A DNA stretch of 46,075 nucleotides from a virus. The translations under genes were made by a program, and so were the position numbers. The DNA lies in IMG/VR virus record IMGVR_UViG_3300002461_000377, positions 1 to 46,075 of that record, one strand, 5' to 3'. Of this stretch, positions 37,526 through 45,569 are shown piece by piece (positions within the stretch are counted from its first letter, which is position 1; every line of letters begins with the position of its first letter). A model generated the notes under the pieces. That model was given only the letters and a program-made list of their open reading frames with translations, was not told the DNA's origin and made no database searches.

Positions 37526-38311
37526 ATGCCCGCGACAATTAAGGAAGCAGTGGAAGAGCTGATAATGGTAGTTGACACCGGCAAACTCAGTGCTAAGGAC
37601 CACGACTTCGGGATCAGCCTCTGCGAGTACTATCGCAAGCATGGAAAGCTCAGTGATAAGCAGCTCTACTGGGTAATGAAGTTCATAGCTGAAGCTTCCG
37701 GCGCGAAGGTGTCGCTGCCCGCGGTTGCTGCTAACAAACCGCAAGCAACAGTGGATACCATGGCATTCGATGCCGAGCCACTAAGGGCTATTTTCGACAA
37801 GGCCCGCAGCTTCCTGAAGTACCCATCGATAACCTTATCAGGCGCGCCAATCACAAGCGGGAAGCTGCGCATCTATCTTAGCACGCATTCAACTAACTAC
37901 GCTAATCACCTCATGTTTAAGTCTGCTACGTCAGACCTAGATAAGCTGCTCTATGCTTCTGTCGATCCCATGGGCAAGGGCACCCTGTACTTCTATCCTC
38001 TGCGCCAGCGGCTAGCACTAGGATCTTATAAGAAGGAGGATAACACGGAGCTTGTCAATCTTATCATCGGCATTTCCCTAGATCCGACCCGCGTTACCAA
38101 GATGAACGGCATCAAGTTCTCGCACTGCTGCTTCTGTAATAACGAACTCACTAATGCCAGTAGCCTCTACCATGGATACGGACCGGTGTGTGCAGAGCAC
38201 TACGGACTTCCTTGGGGAGAGGTGCCCGCGAAGTTAGAAGATATCAGCGCTCCCGAAGCACCTACTACAACTACCAAGGCTAAGGATACTAAGTATGCAG
38301 GCCCCTTCTGA
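37526..38311 (+). CDS. Hypothetical protein (261 aa) with a C-terminal Cys motif
   Basis: AAAGGTGGAG RBS. The start codon is embedded in ATGCCCGCG. C-terminal CCFCNNELTNASSLYHGYGPVCAEHYGLPW. Confidence 0.5.
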   Translation: MPATIKEAVEELIMVVDTGKLSAKDHDFGISLCEYYRKHGKLSDKQLYWVMKFIAEASGAKVSLPAVAANKPQATVDTMAFDAEPLRAIFDKARSFLKYPSITLSGAPITSGKLRIYLSTHSTNYANHLMFKSATSDLDKLLYASVDPMGKGTLYFYPLRQRLALGSYKKEDNTELVNLIIGISLDPTRVTKMNGIKFSHCCFCNNELTNASSLYHGYGPVCAEHYGLPWGEVPAKLEDISAPEAPTTTTKAKDTKYAGPF

Positions 38312-38564
38312 CCCCGAAGCTAGCTTACACATCGCGGGCATTAACACTGTCACCATTGACACGACCATACCATCGATGCTTGTCGAGGGCATGAATAACA
38401 TTCACGTCATTATCGATAGGACAAACAACCTCCTGACAGTGAACTCTGATGCCGGCGTTATCTTATCTGTTAAGGGAATCACCGGTGCTATAGGCATTAC
38501 GTTTCAAGATCTTGCTAAGGCGGCTATTGCAAGAGGTCTGCAATCAGGCAAAAAAACCCCTTGA
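38295..38564 (+). CDS. Hypothetical protein (89 aa)
   Basis: ORF overlaps its upstream gene by 17 nt. Confidence 0.4.
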   Translation: MQAPSDPEASLHIAGINTVTIDTTIPSMLVEGMNNIHVIIDRTNNLLTVNSDAGVILSVKGITGAIGITFQDLAKAAIARGLQSGKKTP

Positions 38565-38589
38565 CGCGGATTCGGCCTTGCGGTATAGT
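38561..38589 (+). promoter_or_regulatory. Near-consensus sigma70 promoter
   Basis: TTGACG (38561..38566), a 17-nt spacer, then TATAGT (38584..38589), about 70 nt upstream of the ATG at 38659. Confidence 0.7.
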
Positions 38590-38658
38590 TGATGTTCCTC
38601 TGAAGCAAGAGGCCCACAGGTTATTAGTAACTCCAAACAACCAAGGACATTTGCAGAA

Positions 38659-39393
38659 ATGACTGACAACACCAACGAAGGACAAGCACTCGCACACCCC
38701 GCACTGGTATCTACCAGCGTTGCGATGAAGCCGATTACCTTCTTCTTCAAAGAGAAGAAAGATGCTAACGGCAAGAAGACTGGCTATCGCCGGCCCGCGT
38801 TGAACCTTAATATCCCGATCCCGTCGGCAGTCTTCCTTGCTTCCGTCATCAGCAACGGCATCACTGCGTACCGGCAAGTCATCCCGGAAGGTGCTGCTAT
38901 CCCCAGCGATGTTTCCAGCGCCCGCAACATGCTGGACTTGCTCCTGAACGCTAGCGCTGACATCGTTTACAACGCGGCCCGCCAGCAAGTCAACGACAAA
39001 GACGATATCTCGCAAGAGACTCTCGATATGTCGAAGATCAGCTGGGAACACATCGCTAACATCCCGCCGGCGGAACGCAAGGGCACTGGTATCAACGAAG
39101 AAACCTGGGAAGACTTCGTCAAGGACTACGTTGCTGTCATGCCCGCGGCGCTGTCTTCGCAAGGTATCAGCAAGACCGAGGAGCAGATTGCTACGCAAGC
39201 TGAGATCCTCAAGAAGAAGTTTGCTGCTTACCGCCAGCAGAAGAAGATCGTCGGTTACATGCGCCAGATGCTGGCTCTCTGGTATCAGCACACGCAGCAG
39301 AAGGAAGACTTTGCCAGCGTGTACGAGTACCTCGATGGGCGGGCCGAAGTTCTGCTGAAGGCCGACGAACAAGCTGTGCTTGAGAACATCTAA
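38659..39393 (+). CDS. Hypothetical, probably abundant early protein (244 aa)
   Basis: Has its own promoter and a downstream hairpin. Strongly biased codon usage gives a 282-aa antisense shadow ORF. Confidence 0.6.
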   Translation: MTDNTNEGQALAHPALVSTSVAMKPITFFFKEKKDANGKKTGYRRPALNLNIPIPSAVFLASVISNGITAYRQVIPEGAAIPSDVSSARNMLDLLLNASADIVYNAARQQVNDKDDISQETLDMSKISWEHIANIPPAERKGTGINEETWEDFVKDYVAVMPAALSSQGISKTEEQIATQAEILKKKFAAYRQQKKIVGYMRQMLALWYQHTQQKEDFASVYEYLDGRAEVLLKADEQAVLENI

Positions 39394-39421
39394 GCATCGG
39401 CTCAGCTAACTAGCAAAGCTG

Positions 39422-39463
39422 AAGGGTATCTGGGGGCGTTCCCTAGGTACCCTTTGTCATTTC
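39422..39463 (+). terminator. Hairpin terminator candidate
   Basis: 14-bp stem AAGGGTATCTGGGG/CCCTAGGTACCCTT (two G-T pairs), loop GCGTT, and a weak T-containing tail TGTCATTTCT. Confidence 0.4.
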
Positions 39464-39488
39464 TAGTGGTAGCGAAAGGGGTGGTATT

Positions 39489-39788
39489 ATGAGTGAGAAA
39501 GCAGAGCTGTCGGTGCCCGAGATTGTTGAGAAGCTATTCGAGGGCAGCGAAGTAAGAGTACCTCTAGGTTTGTTTACGGGCTCAACAGCAGTCGAAGCCT
39601 TCCTCTCTCACGTGCGTACTACGAAGTCCCGCACTGTTAAGAAGTTCCGTGCTGTTGGCTTCGAGTTTTGCGGCGACCAGATGAGTCTCAGTGTTGCGCA
39701 TGACCCAGTAACTGACAGTATGACTCTTAAGCTAGTGCCGCCGAAGGTTCCGAAGTACACAGTCATCGTAACTCCCGCGGAAGAATAG
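39489..39788 (+). CDS. Hypothetical protein (99 aa)
   Basis: GGGGTGG RBS-like sequence upstream. Confidence 0.45.
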   Translation: MSEKAELSVPEIVEKLFEGSEVRVPLGLFTGSTAVEAFLSHVRTTKSRTVKKFRAVGFEFCGDQMSLSVAHDPVTDSMTLKLVPPKVPKYTVIVTPAEE

Positions 39789-39796
39789 GCGCAATC

Positions 39797-40039
39797 ATGC
39801 CTAGAATGTACGAGCCTCTTTGGGAGCAGCTTTCGACCGCCGGCATGGTGCGCATACGCTGTGCGCCGGATGCTGTCAGTCGTATTAAGAAGGCTGTTAT
39901 CAAGGAGAAGGACATGGCAGCTGACCCGAAGTGGAGGCATCGCCGGCTCCTTATCTCGATCAGCAAGGGCACTGAACCTAATACCTCTGACGTAGAGTTC
40001 AGGCTTGTCGCTAAGCTCTCGTCAATAGCTAATATATAG
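39797..40039 (+). CDS. Hypothetical protein (80 aa)
   Basis: ORF in the plus-strand series. Confidence 0.45.
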   Translation: MPRMYEPLWEQLSTAGMVRIRCAPDAVSRIKKAVIKEKDMAADPKWRHRRLLISISKGTEPNTSDVEFRLVAKLSSIANI

Positions 40040-40048
40040 GGGCGCAAG

Positions 40049-40303
40049 ATGTACCTTGAGATGTACCCGGAAGAATACTGGAAGTGGCAGCAGCGCATGC
40101 GCCGTAGTTTCCCGGAGCACTGGGAGAAGATTAAGGATGCGACCAGCGAGGAAGCAGTGATAGATTACATGAACTGGTGGCTTGGTTCATCTGTGTCACT
40201 GGGTACGTCGATAACAGATAGCGTTGCTGTCTGGATGGAGCGCATGGATAGAGTTGCCGGCGGTTCTAGTATCATCCTTCCGCCCGGCGTTCGGCTTAAT
40301 TAA
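40049..40303 (+). CDS. Hypothetical protein (84 aa)
   Basis: ORF in the plus-strand series. Confidence 0.45.
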   Translation: MYLEMYPEEYWKWQQRMRRSFPEHWEKIKDATSEEAVIDYMNWWLGSSVSLGTSITDSVAVWMERMDRVAGGSSIILPPGVRLN

Positions 40304-40456
40304 GGAAACCTAGAGACAGCAATACCAGGGAGATACGCCCCGGCTTGATTAGCCGCGGTTGCACGGCAGACTAATCACCTGACAGTGCATTAAAGATGTC
40401 TCCCGCGTTTTGCTGTTTCCTGCGTATGACTTACATTGGTACCGAGGAGAAAGACA

Positions 40457-40735
40457 ATGCCTGAAGCACTATCCGAAAGCGAGCAGATCCTGCAAAGAAT
40501 CGGCGACCTTGAGAAGCTCTTACTAAGCGGCCACCCGCAGCTTGGCATGGAGCTGGCCCGGATTCACAAGAACGTAGCAGAGCAGCCGGAGTTGCTGCAT
40601 ATCCTATCAGATGAGCAGATCGCGCTGATAGTAAAGAGCCAGTCGAGAGTAGCGCAAATCGATATCCTGCAGGATAAGGTATCAAGCAAGTCTGCAAGCA
40701 AGCCCAAGAAGACTGTTACGCTCGACGATATCTAG
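40457..40735 (+). CDS. Hypothetical protein (92 aa)
   Basis: ATG at 40457 lies after GAGGAGAAAG. The track start at 40436 is a TTG without an RBS. Confidence 0.45.
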   Translation: MPEALSESEQILQRIGDLEKLLLSGHPQLGMELARIHKNVAEQPELLHILSDEQIALIVKSQSRVAQIDILQDKVSSKSASKPKKTVTLDDI

Positions 40736-40740
40736 GAGTC

Positions 40741-41040
40741 ATGGCAATGACTGGATATAGAGTGCTGCCACCGTATCGTCCGACACGCCCGCGAAAACTA
40801 GCGCAGCAGTATAACAGCATCATTCGCAACGTAGCCGGCGCGCTCGCACAGGCATCTTACATATCTAATATTGTCAATGCGTCCTATCGTGCCGGCGAAC
40901 TTGATGGCGTAGACTACACGGCGATGTGCCTGAGCTTGGATAACTTCCGCCTGGCATGCAGGAAGCTTAAGCACCAAGCTGGTATTACGCGGGATCAGGC
41001 AATAGCAAGTGCCCGCGACAAAGAACCAAAGGTTAAGTGA
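40741..41040 (+). CDS. Hypothetical protein (99 aa)
   Basis: ORF in the plus-strand series. Confidence 0.45.
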   Translation: MAMTGYRVLPPYRPTRPRKLAQQYNSIIRNVAGALAQASYISNIVNASYRAGELDGVDYTAMCLSLDNFRLACRKLKHQAGITRDQAIASARDKEPKVK

Positions 41041-41573
41041 TGAGCACCGCGAGTAAATACGATAGGATAGTCATGGCTAGAGTTCTTAGCTATCGCTATT
41101 TTAATTCCGATATCACACCGACGTCGCTCTACTACGACCTGCACACTACAGTCTGCCGGCAGCCGTGGGTAGAGAGTATCGTAGCTAAGTGGAATCGCCA
41201 CTTGCACGGTCCCGTGCCCGGTAATAGTATCTGCTGGGGATGCAAGGAGACGCTCAGGAACTGGGCAGTTCGTGGGATTGTTGATACCTGCGCTTATTGC
41301 AGCCCGCATTTTCGCGACTTGTATCCCGGCCCGCAAGCAATGCTGCTAGCTACAGCGCACGATGCGAGGCTTTTGCTGTACACCTTCTCTTGGCAAGATC
41401 AAGATTATATCTACGGCATACTCTACCATCACATGAGAGTGCAACCTGATCATGGAATACTTCCGCAATCCTACCAGCGGCGCGTATCGCAAGAAGATGT
41501 CCAACCCGCGTGCAATCTCGTACTCAACTCGCCGCACGTTACACTCATGCCCGCGGCGCTTCGAGTTGGATAA
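41040..41573 (+). CDS. Cys-rich (CWGC...CAYC) zinc-finger-like protein (177 aa)
   Basis: Start overlaps the upstream stop (TGATG). Cys4 pattern. Its 3' end overlaps the nuclease gene. Confidence 0.45.
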   Translation: MSTASKYDRIVMARVLSYRYFNSDITPTSLYYDLHTTVCRQPWVESIVAKWNRHLHGPVPGNSICWGCKETLRNWAVRGIVDTCAYCSPHFRDLYPGPQAMLLATAHDARLLLYTFSWQDQDYIYGILYHHMRVQPDHGILPQSYQRRVSQEDVQPACNLVLNSPHVTLMPAALRVG

Positions 41574-42426
41574 GCTGAAGAATGCTGATGTCTTTAGCGA
41601 GGATGAAAACGCGGGCCTGCAAGATAACATCGACTTTGCCTACGGTAGCAGTTTTGCTGCTGGCATCCAGCAGTGTCTCATTAAGCGGGACAGGACTGCT
41701 ATCATCTTCTCTGCCTGGCTTGCCTGGGATACGGACCTGCTGGCATCGAAGCCTGATAAGCGTAAGAGTTTCTCTTATGTTGTAGCGGCACTCGATAACT
41801 TCCTAGCTCACTATCAATCCTTCATGGGGAATTGGGAGCTTGCGTATATCGAGGGGAAGCCCGCGGTTGAGTTGTCAGTACGTGTCGATCTTGGCAATGG
41901 ATACTATTACTACCTGCACATCGACGGCGTACTACGGCATAAAGTCTCGGGCAAGTTCCTTATCCTGGAGCTGAAGACAACAGGCTTTAATAATATCCAT
42001 CCCGCGATCTTTCAGAATAGCGATCAAGGTCTCGGGTATTCTATCGTGCTCGACTCGCTAGTCGAAGATAAAGAGAACCTAGTTTACGAGGTACTGTATC
42101 TTGTGTATAAGACAAGCCGGCAGGAATTTGAACCTATGTTCTTCACGAAGCGACGTCTTGAGCGCATTAGCTGGATTAGAAACCTACTATTTGATTGCGA
42201 AGACATCGAGAAGTTTAAGAGCGCCAAGCACTTTCCCCAGCGCGACAGCGGCTGCTACTCTTACTTCAGAGCTTGTCCTTATTTCGAGATGTGTGGGATG
42301 AGGACTAGCAGCTTGACGAAGTATAACACGCTTAGTGATATGGTCGAAGGGGAGCTAGCGCCAGCGGATTTCGAAGTTAGCTTGCAGCAGATTATCAATG
42401 ACCAAGCAGCAATGATCGGAGGCTAG
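41452..42426 (+). CDS. PD-(D/E)XK nuclease of the Cas4/RecB-like type with a four-Cys cluster (324 aa). Start uncertain: 41452 or 41497.
   Basis: N-terminal SCPRRFEL, core HIDGV...LILELKTT, and C-terminal CYSYFRACPYFEMC. Confidence 0.7.
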   Translation: MEYFRNPTSGAYRKKMSNPRAISYSTRRTLHSCPRRFELDKLKNADVFSEDENAGLQDNIDFAYGSSFAAGIQQCLIKRDRTAIIFSAWLAWDTDLLASKPDKRKSFSYVVAALDNFLAHYQSFMGNWELAYIEGKPAVELSVRVDLGNGYYYYLHIDGVLRHKVSGKFLILELKTTGFNNIHPAIFQNSDQGLGYSIVLDSLVEDKENLVYEVLYLVYKTSRQEFEPMFFTKRRLERISWIRNLLFDCEDIEKFKSAKHFPQRDSGCYSYFRACPYFEMCGMRTSSLTKYNTLSDMVEGELAPADFEVSLQQIINDQAAMIGG

Positions 42427-42431
42427 CAGCA

Positions 42432-43337
42432 ATGAACCTTAATGAGTACAACGGCCAGGCATTTCAGAAGATACTTATATACGGGCCGGCGAAGATGGGT
42501 AAGAGCGCACTCGCAGGCACACTAGCGGAGTTCTTTAATGTCACGTATAACGACGCGGAAGATGGTGTCAAGACGCTCTTGCAAATGCCATCGGAGTGGA
42601 AGGCCCGCGTGGATCTCGTGCAGTTCCCTGACACGCAGGATTACCCGATATTTGCAGAGAGCGCACTTAAGATCCTGCGTGGCGGCGAAGTTACGATCTG
42701 TAATACACATGCGAAGGTAGACTGCATGTTGTGCAAGGCTAATAAGAAGCCTCTGACCACGGAGCATCTTAATGCCCGCGACCCGCAGCGTGTTTATATC
42801 TTCGACAGCTGGACTCAGTTTCGTATCAGCTGCATGTGGCAGCGCTATCGTACGGCGTACAAGGGTAAAGAGCCCGAAGACTGCAAGTTCGAGTGGGATG
42901 ACTGGCACTGGCTTAAGATGGTAAATGAGAAGGCAGGCAGTTACATACAAGCTGCCCGCGGCCATCTTGTTGTTGTCAGCCACGAGGAGATGGTAGAGCA
43001 GGAAGATAAGCGGAAGCAGGTCGTGCCAGTCGCGGGCAGCGAGAACACTAACAAGACCTTTGCCCGCTACTTTGATCATGTTATCTACGTGACGAAGCGC
43101 AACAATAAGATCCGCTATATCAGTGAAGCTACCGGCAGCAACGATGCAATGTCCGGGTCTCGTGCGTCCTTCTCCATCGAAGGCATGAAGCAAGAGACTC
43201 TCTCACTTGCCCCGTTCATTGATCCCACGCTTATTAACAAACCCCGGAAGGGTATCAGCGGCTTTGCTTTCGCAGCTCAAGCAGCTAAGAACGCAGCTTC
43301 CGGTAAAGCTGATGACAAGGAGAAGTCTGGTGAGTGA
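42432..43337 (+). CDS. RecA-fold ATPase of the AAA_24/Sak4-like type with a Cys4 insertion (301 aa)
   Basis: Walker A ILIYGPAKMGKSALAG, Walker B VYIFDSWT, and insertion CNTHAKVDCMLC. Confidence 0.65.
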   Translation: MNLNEYNGQAFQKILIYGPAKMGKSALAGTLAEFFNVTYNDAEDGVKTLLQMPSEWKARVDLVQFPDTQDYPIFAESALKILRGGEVTICNTHAKVDCMLCKANKKPLTTEHLNARDPQRVYIFDSWTQFRISCMWQRYRTAYKGKEPEDCKFEWDDWHWLKMVNEKAGSYIQAARGHLVVVSHEEMVEQEDKRKQVVPVAGSENTNKTFARYFDHVIYVTKRNNKIRYISEATGSNDAMSGSRASFSIEGMKQETLSLAPFIDPTLINKPRKGISGFAFAAQAAKNAASGKADDKEKSGE

Positions 43338-43599
43338 GAATCAAGAGTTCGATATACACGACCCTCTGACAAGGGTTGCCATCGTGGATACGATGAAGGC
43401 CCTGGTAGCACTGCCCGCGGGAGTTACTGCTACGGAGTTCCTCGCGCTGATCCGTCCGCTGCAAGAGCAGCACGGATTTAAGGCTGTAATATACTGCGTA
43501 GTAGCAGCACTGCTGGCGCAGAAGGGAGTAATTAAAGCAGCTGAGACACATATCGAGAGCGCCTTGGCAGCACTCGCTACTTTCAAGGAGCCGAGATGA
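43330..43599 (+). CDS. Hypothetical protein (89 aa)
   Basis: GTG at 43330 lies 7 nt after AAGGAG. ATGA overlap with the next gene. Confidence 0.4.
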   Translation: MSENQEFDIHDPLTRVAIVDTMKALVALPAGVTATEFLALIRPLQEQHGFKAVIYCVVAALLAQKGVIKAAETHIESALAALATFKEPR

Positions 43600-44243
43600 A
43601 GTCCTTTAAGGACATCGGACTCGATAGAGTCATCGGTATTTGCGGGCAGGCTGGCACCGGCAAGACTACGGCAGCTGTAGCAATAGCGCAGTCGCTTCCT
43701 TATTGGCGGTATAGCTTTGCCGGCCCGCTGAAAGACGCAGTATCAGGTCTATTCAGGATTCCTCGCGAGGATCTCGATGATCCTATTAAGAAGTACGTAC
43801 CTCAAGGACGCTGGAGGAATCTTGCGCCGCGTAAGATCATGCAGCTATTCGGCACGGAGTGCATGCGCGACGTATTCTTTGACGACTTCTGGACGCGAGT
43901 AGCAGAAGATCACTTGGAGCACTTAGCAGCTGCGACACTTACCAAGCGTCTTTGCGTTGTCATCGACGACGTTAGATTCCCTAACGAGATTGAGTGGGTT
44001 AAGAATAACGGCGGCCGCATCATCTATCTGTTTACGCCGCGCACTGGGGAAGTGCAGGAAGGTAAGCTGCACTCCAGCGAACGTATCAATATCCCGCGGG
44101 TACTAGGTGCTAATGAGGCGACAGTATGCAATGTACAAGGCGCCCAAGGCAAGTTTGTTAACGATGTTCTTCGCATAGCAAAGAGGTGGCACTACGAGAA
44201 CGATGATCTGGAACTGACTCGGCAGCAAGATAGTAAGAAGTAG
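43596..44243 (+). CDS. Deoxynucleoside monophosphate kinase-like protein (215 aa)
   Basis: ICGQAGTGKTT P-loop, FAGPLKDAV, LFGTECMRD, and VVIDDVRFPNEIEWV blocks typical of phage dNMP kinases. Confidence 0.65.
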   Translation: MKSFKDIGLDRVIGICGQAGTGKTTAAVAIAQSLPYWRYSFAGPLKDAVSGLFRIPREDLDDPIKKYVPQGRWRNLAPRKIMQLFGTECMRDVFFDDFWTRVAEDHLEHLAAATLTKRLCVVIDDVRFPNEIEWVKNNGGRIIYLFTPRTGEVQEGKLHSSERINIPRVLGANEATVCNVQGAQGKFVNDVLRIAKRWHYENDDLELTRQQDSKK

Positions 44244-44250
44244 TATTGGG

Positions 44251-44290
44251 TAATAGTGAGCAGCACTGAGTAATAGCCAGCAGCACTTGT
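44251..44290. repeat. Two tandem 20-nt imperfect direct repeats
   Basis: TAATAGTGAGCAGCACTGAG and TAATAGCCAGCAGCACTTGT match at 15 of 20 positions. Confidence 0.6.
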
Positions 44291-44323
44291 GTTTTACCTC
44301 ACCCTAATGGAGCTATACGCATC

Positions 44324-44797
44324 ATGAATACCAAAGTCAAATCTGAAGTTACCGCCTCCGACGAAGAAGCAATGGCCGCACTGCTCGATGATAACTTGGA
44401 AGATGTTCCTGATCTTCCTGAGTTTGGCACTCCGCCGAAGGGCACGTATCGCCTGCTGCACAAGGGCTACGAAACCAAGAAGATCAACGACAAGCTGGCA
44501 ACGGAGTGCCGCTTCAGCATCGTCGAAACCATCGAGCTTGCTAACGAGAACGATACTCCTCCGAAGGCCGGCATGGAGTTCTCGGAACTCGTGTGGTTTC
44601 ATAATGACCCCATGAAGGCGAAGGGCGTTCTTAAGCGGCAGGTGAATAACTTGACCGGCGAGTTCGGTACCACCAACTTGGCGGAACTGATGGCTAAGGT
44701 CAAGGACATGGAAGTTATCGCGGTCGTTAACACGCGGCGTGACAAGGAGGACAGGGAGCGCTTCTATGCGTCCGTTGAAATCCTCCGGCTGGCGTAG
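44324..44797 (+). CDS. Acidic hypothetical protein (157 aa), probably highly expressed
   Basis: Preceded by an 80-nt intergenic region and followed by a hairpin with a T-tract. Biased codon usage. Confidence 0.55.
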   Translation: MNTKVKSEVTASDEEAMAALLDDNLEDVPDLPEFGTPPKGTYRLLHKGYETKKINDKLATECRFSIVETIELANENDTPPKAGMEFSELVWFHNDPMKAKGVLKRQVNNLTGEFGTTNLAELMAKVKDMEVIAVVNTRRDKEDRERFYASVEILRLA

Positions 44798-44813
44798 TTA
44801 GTATTTGCAGTGC

Positions 44814-44865
44814 CCGCGGGAGCCTATGGTAGCACTGTCCGGCCGTAGATAACTCCCGCGGTTTT
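44814..44865 (+). terminator. Rho-independent terminator candidate
   Basis: 9-bp stem CCGCGGGAG/CTCCCGCGG with an internally paired loop (CTATGG/CCGTAG), followed by TTTT. Confidence 0.45.
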
Positions 44866-44908
44866 CCTTGCAGTGCCCGTAGTTTCTATCAACGAGAGGT
44901 AATGAAAG

Positions 44909-45286
44909 GTGAATGAACATGAGAGCAATGCAAAGTATGCAGCTTCTGGGAGCGCTGCTGGCAACAATGTGCTTGGCGCTAATGCAGCATGCGACAAGGG
45001 TACCCCTGATGTGCTATCAGCAAATATTGCGCGAGCCGATGAACAAGTTGCGCGCAACATCAACGAAGCGATGGATGACATGGCTTGCGGAGTTATCAGC
45101 ACGCTGCTGCGTATGCATCTCTATCGCTGTAGGCTCGCTGGCAAACATGGTTGGTACTCGTACAAGGCGTGTTCGTACAGCGATCTACGGACCCGCCTGC
45201 AAGAGTGTGTTACCAGTCACAACTGGCTCGGTGTTGTGGCATACGCAACCTTCCTGCTAATGCGCCAGCGCATCGGCACCGATTAA
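44909..45286 (+). CDS. Hypothetical protein (125 aa)
   Basis: AAAGGTG RBS. Preferred over the overlapping frame 44913..45260. Confidence 0.45.
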   Translation: MNEHESNAKYAASGSAAGNNVLGANAACDKGTPDVLSANIARADEQVARNINEAMDDMACGVISTLLRMHLYRCRLAGKHGWYSYKACSYSDLRTRLQECVTSHNWLGVVAYATFLLMRQRIGTD

Positions 45287-45293
45287 CGAGCAA

Positions 45294-45569
45294 ATGAGAA
45301 AGGTGAGGAAAGGTGAAGTTACTTGCTATTGTCGCGCTTACACTTTTCCTCACCGCACTGGCGGCGGCAAATGCACCTATAAACGGTGGGTTGCGAGATA
45401 TTTTAATAGCAGTGGCGCTGTGGGCGGCAATAGTTGTCACCATTGTAACTGCTTCTCTGGCGATGCTTGTAGTGTGAATGATGGTTTAGAAAGCCCGCAG
45501 TATTGTGAGGCACTCGCGGATTTTCTAAACTACCATGAGGTTAAGGTAAATTGGAGGAAGCAACGGTGA
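45294..45569 (+). CDS. Cys-rich small protein (91 aa)
   Basis: CYCRAYTFPHRTGGGKC ... CHHCNC ... C pattern. Confidence 0.45.
   Translation: MRKVRKGEVTCYCRAYTFPHRTGGGKCTYKRWVARYFNSSGAVGGNSCHHCNCFSGDACSVNDGLESPQYCEALADFLNYHEVKVNWRKQR

Noticed and set aside
38524-39372. A 282-aa minus-strand ORF
   Set aside because: It is exactly antisense to the well-supported gene 38659..39393, which has a promoter, an RBS context and a terminator. Its product is rich in Leu, Arg, Val and Asp, as is typical of shadow ORFs. The same reasoning rejects 21757..22788 (antisense to capsid), 24989..25687 (antisense to portal), 42522..43193, 4902..5660, 5724..6335 and 12359..12877.
636-44819. Identification of the enriched word with a known signal: E. 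coli Chi GCTGGTGG, lactococcal Chi GCGCGTG, Neisseria DUS, Pasteurellaceae USS, cyanobacterial HIP1 GCGATCGC, or T5/phiKMV/tf nick consensus sequences
   Set aside because: None of these sequences matches TGCCCGCG. No full GCGATCGC or GCCGTCTGAA was seen in the window. I therefore assign no known identity or host.
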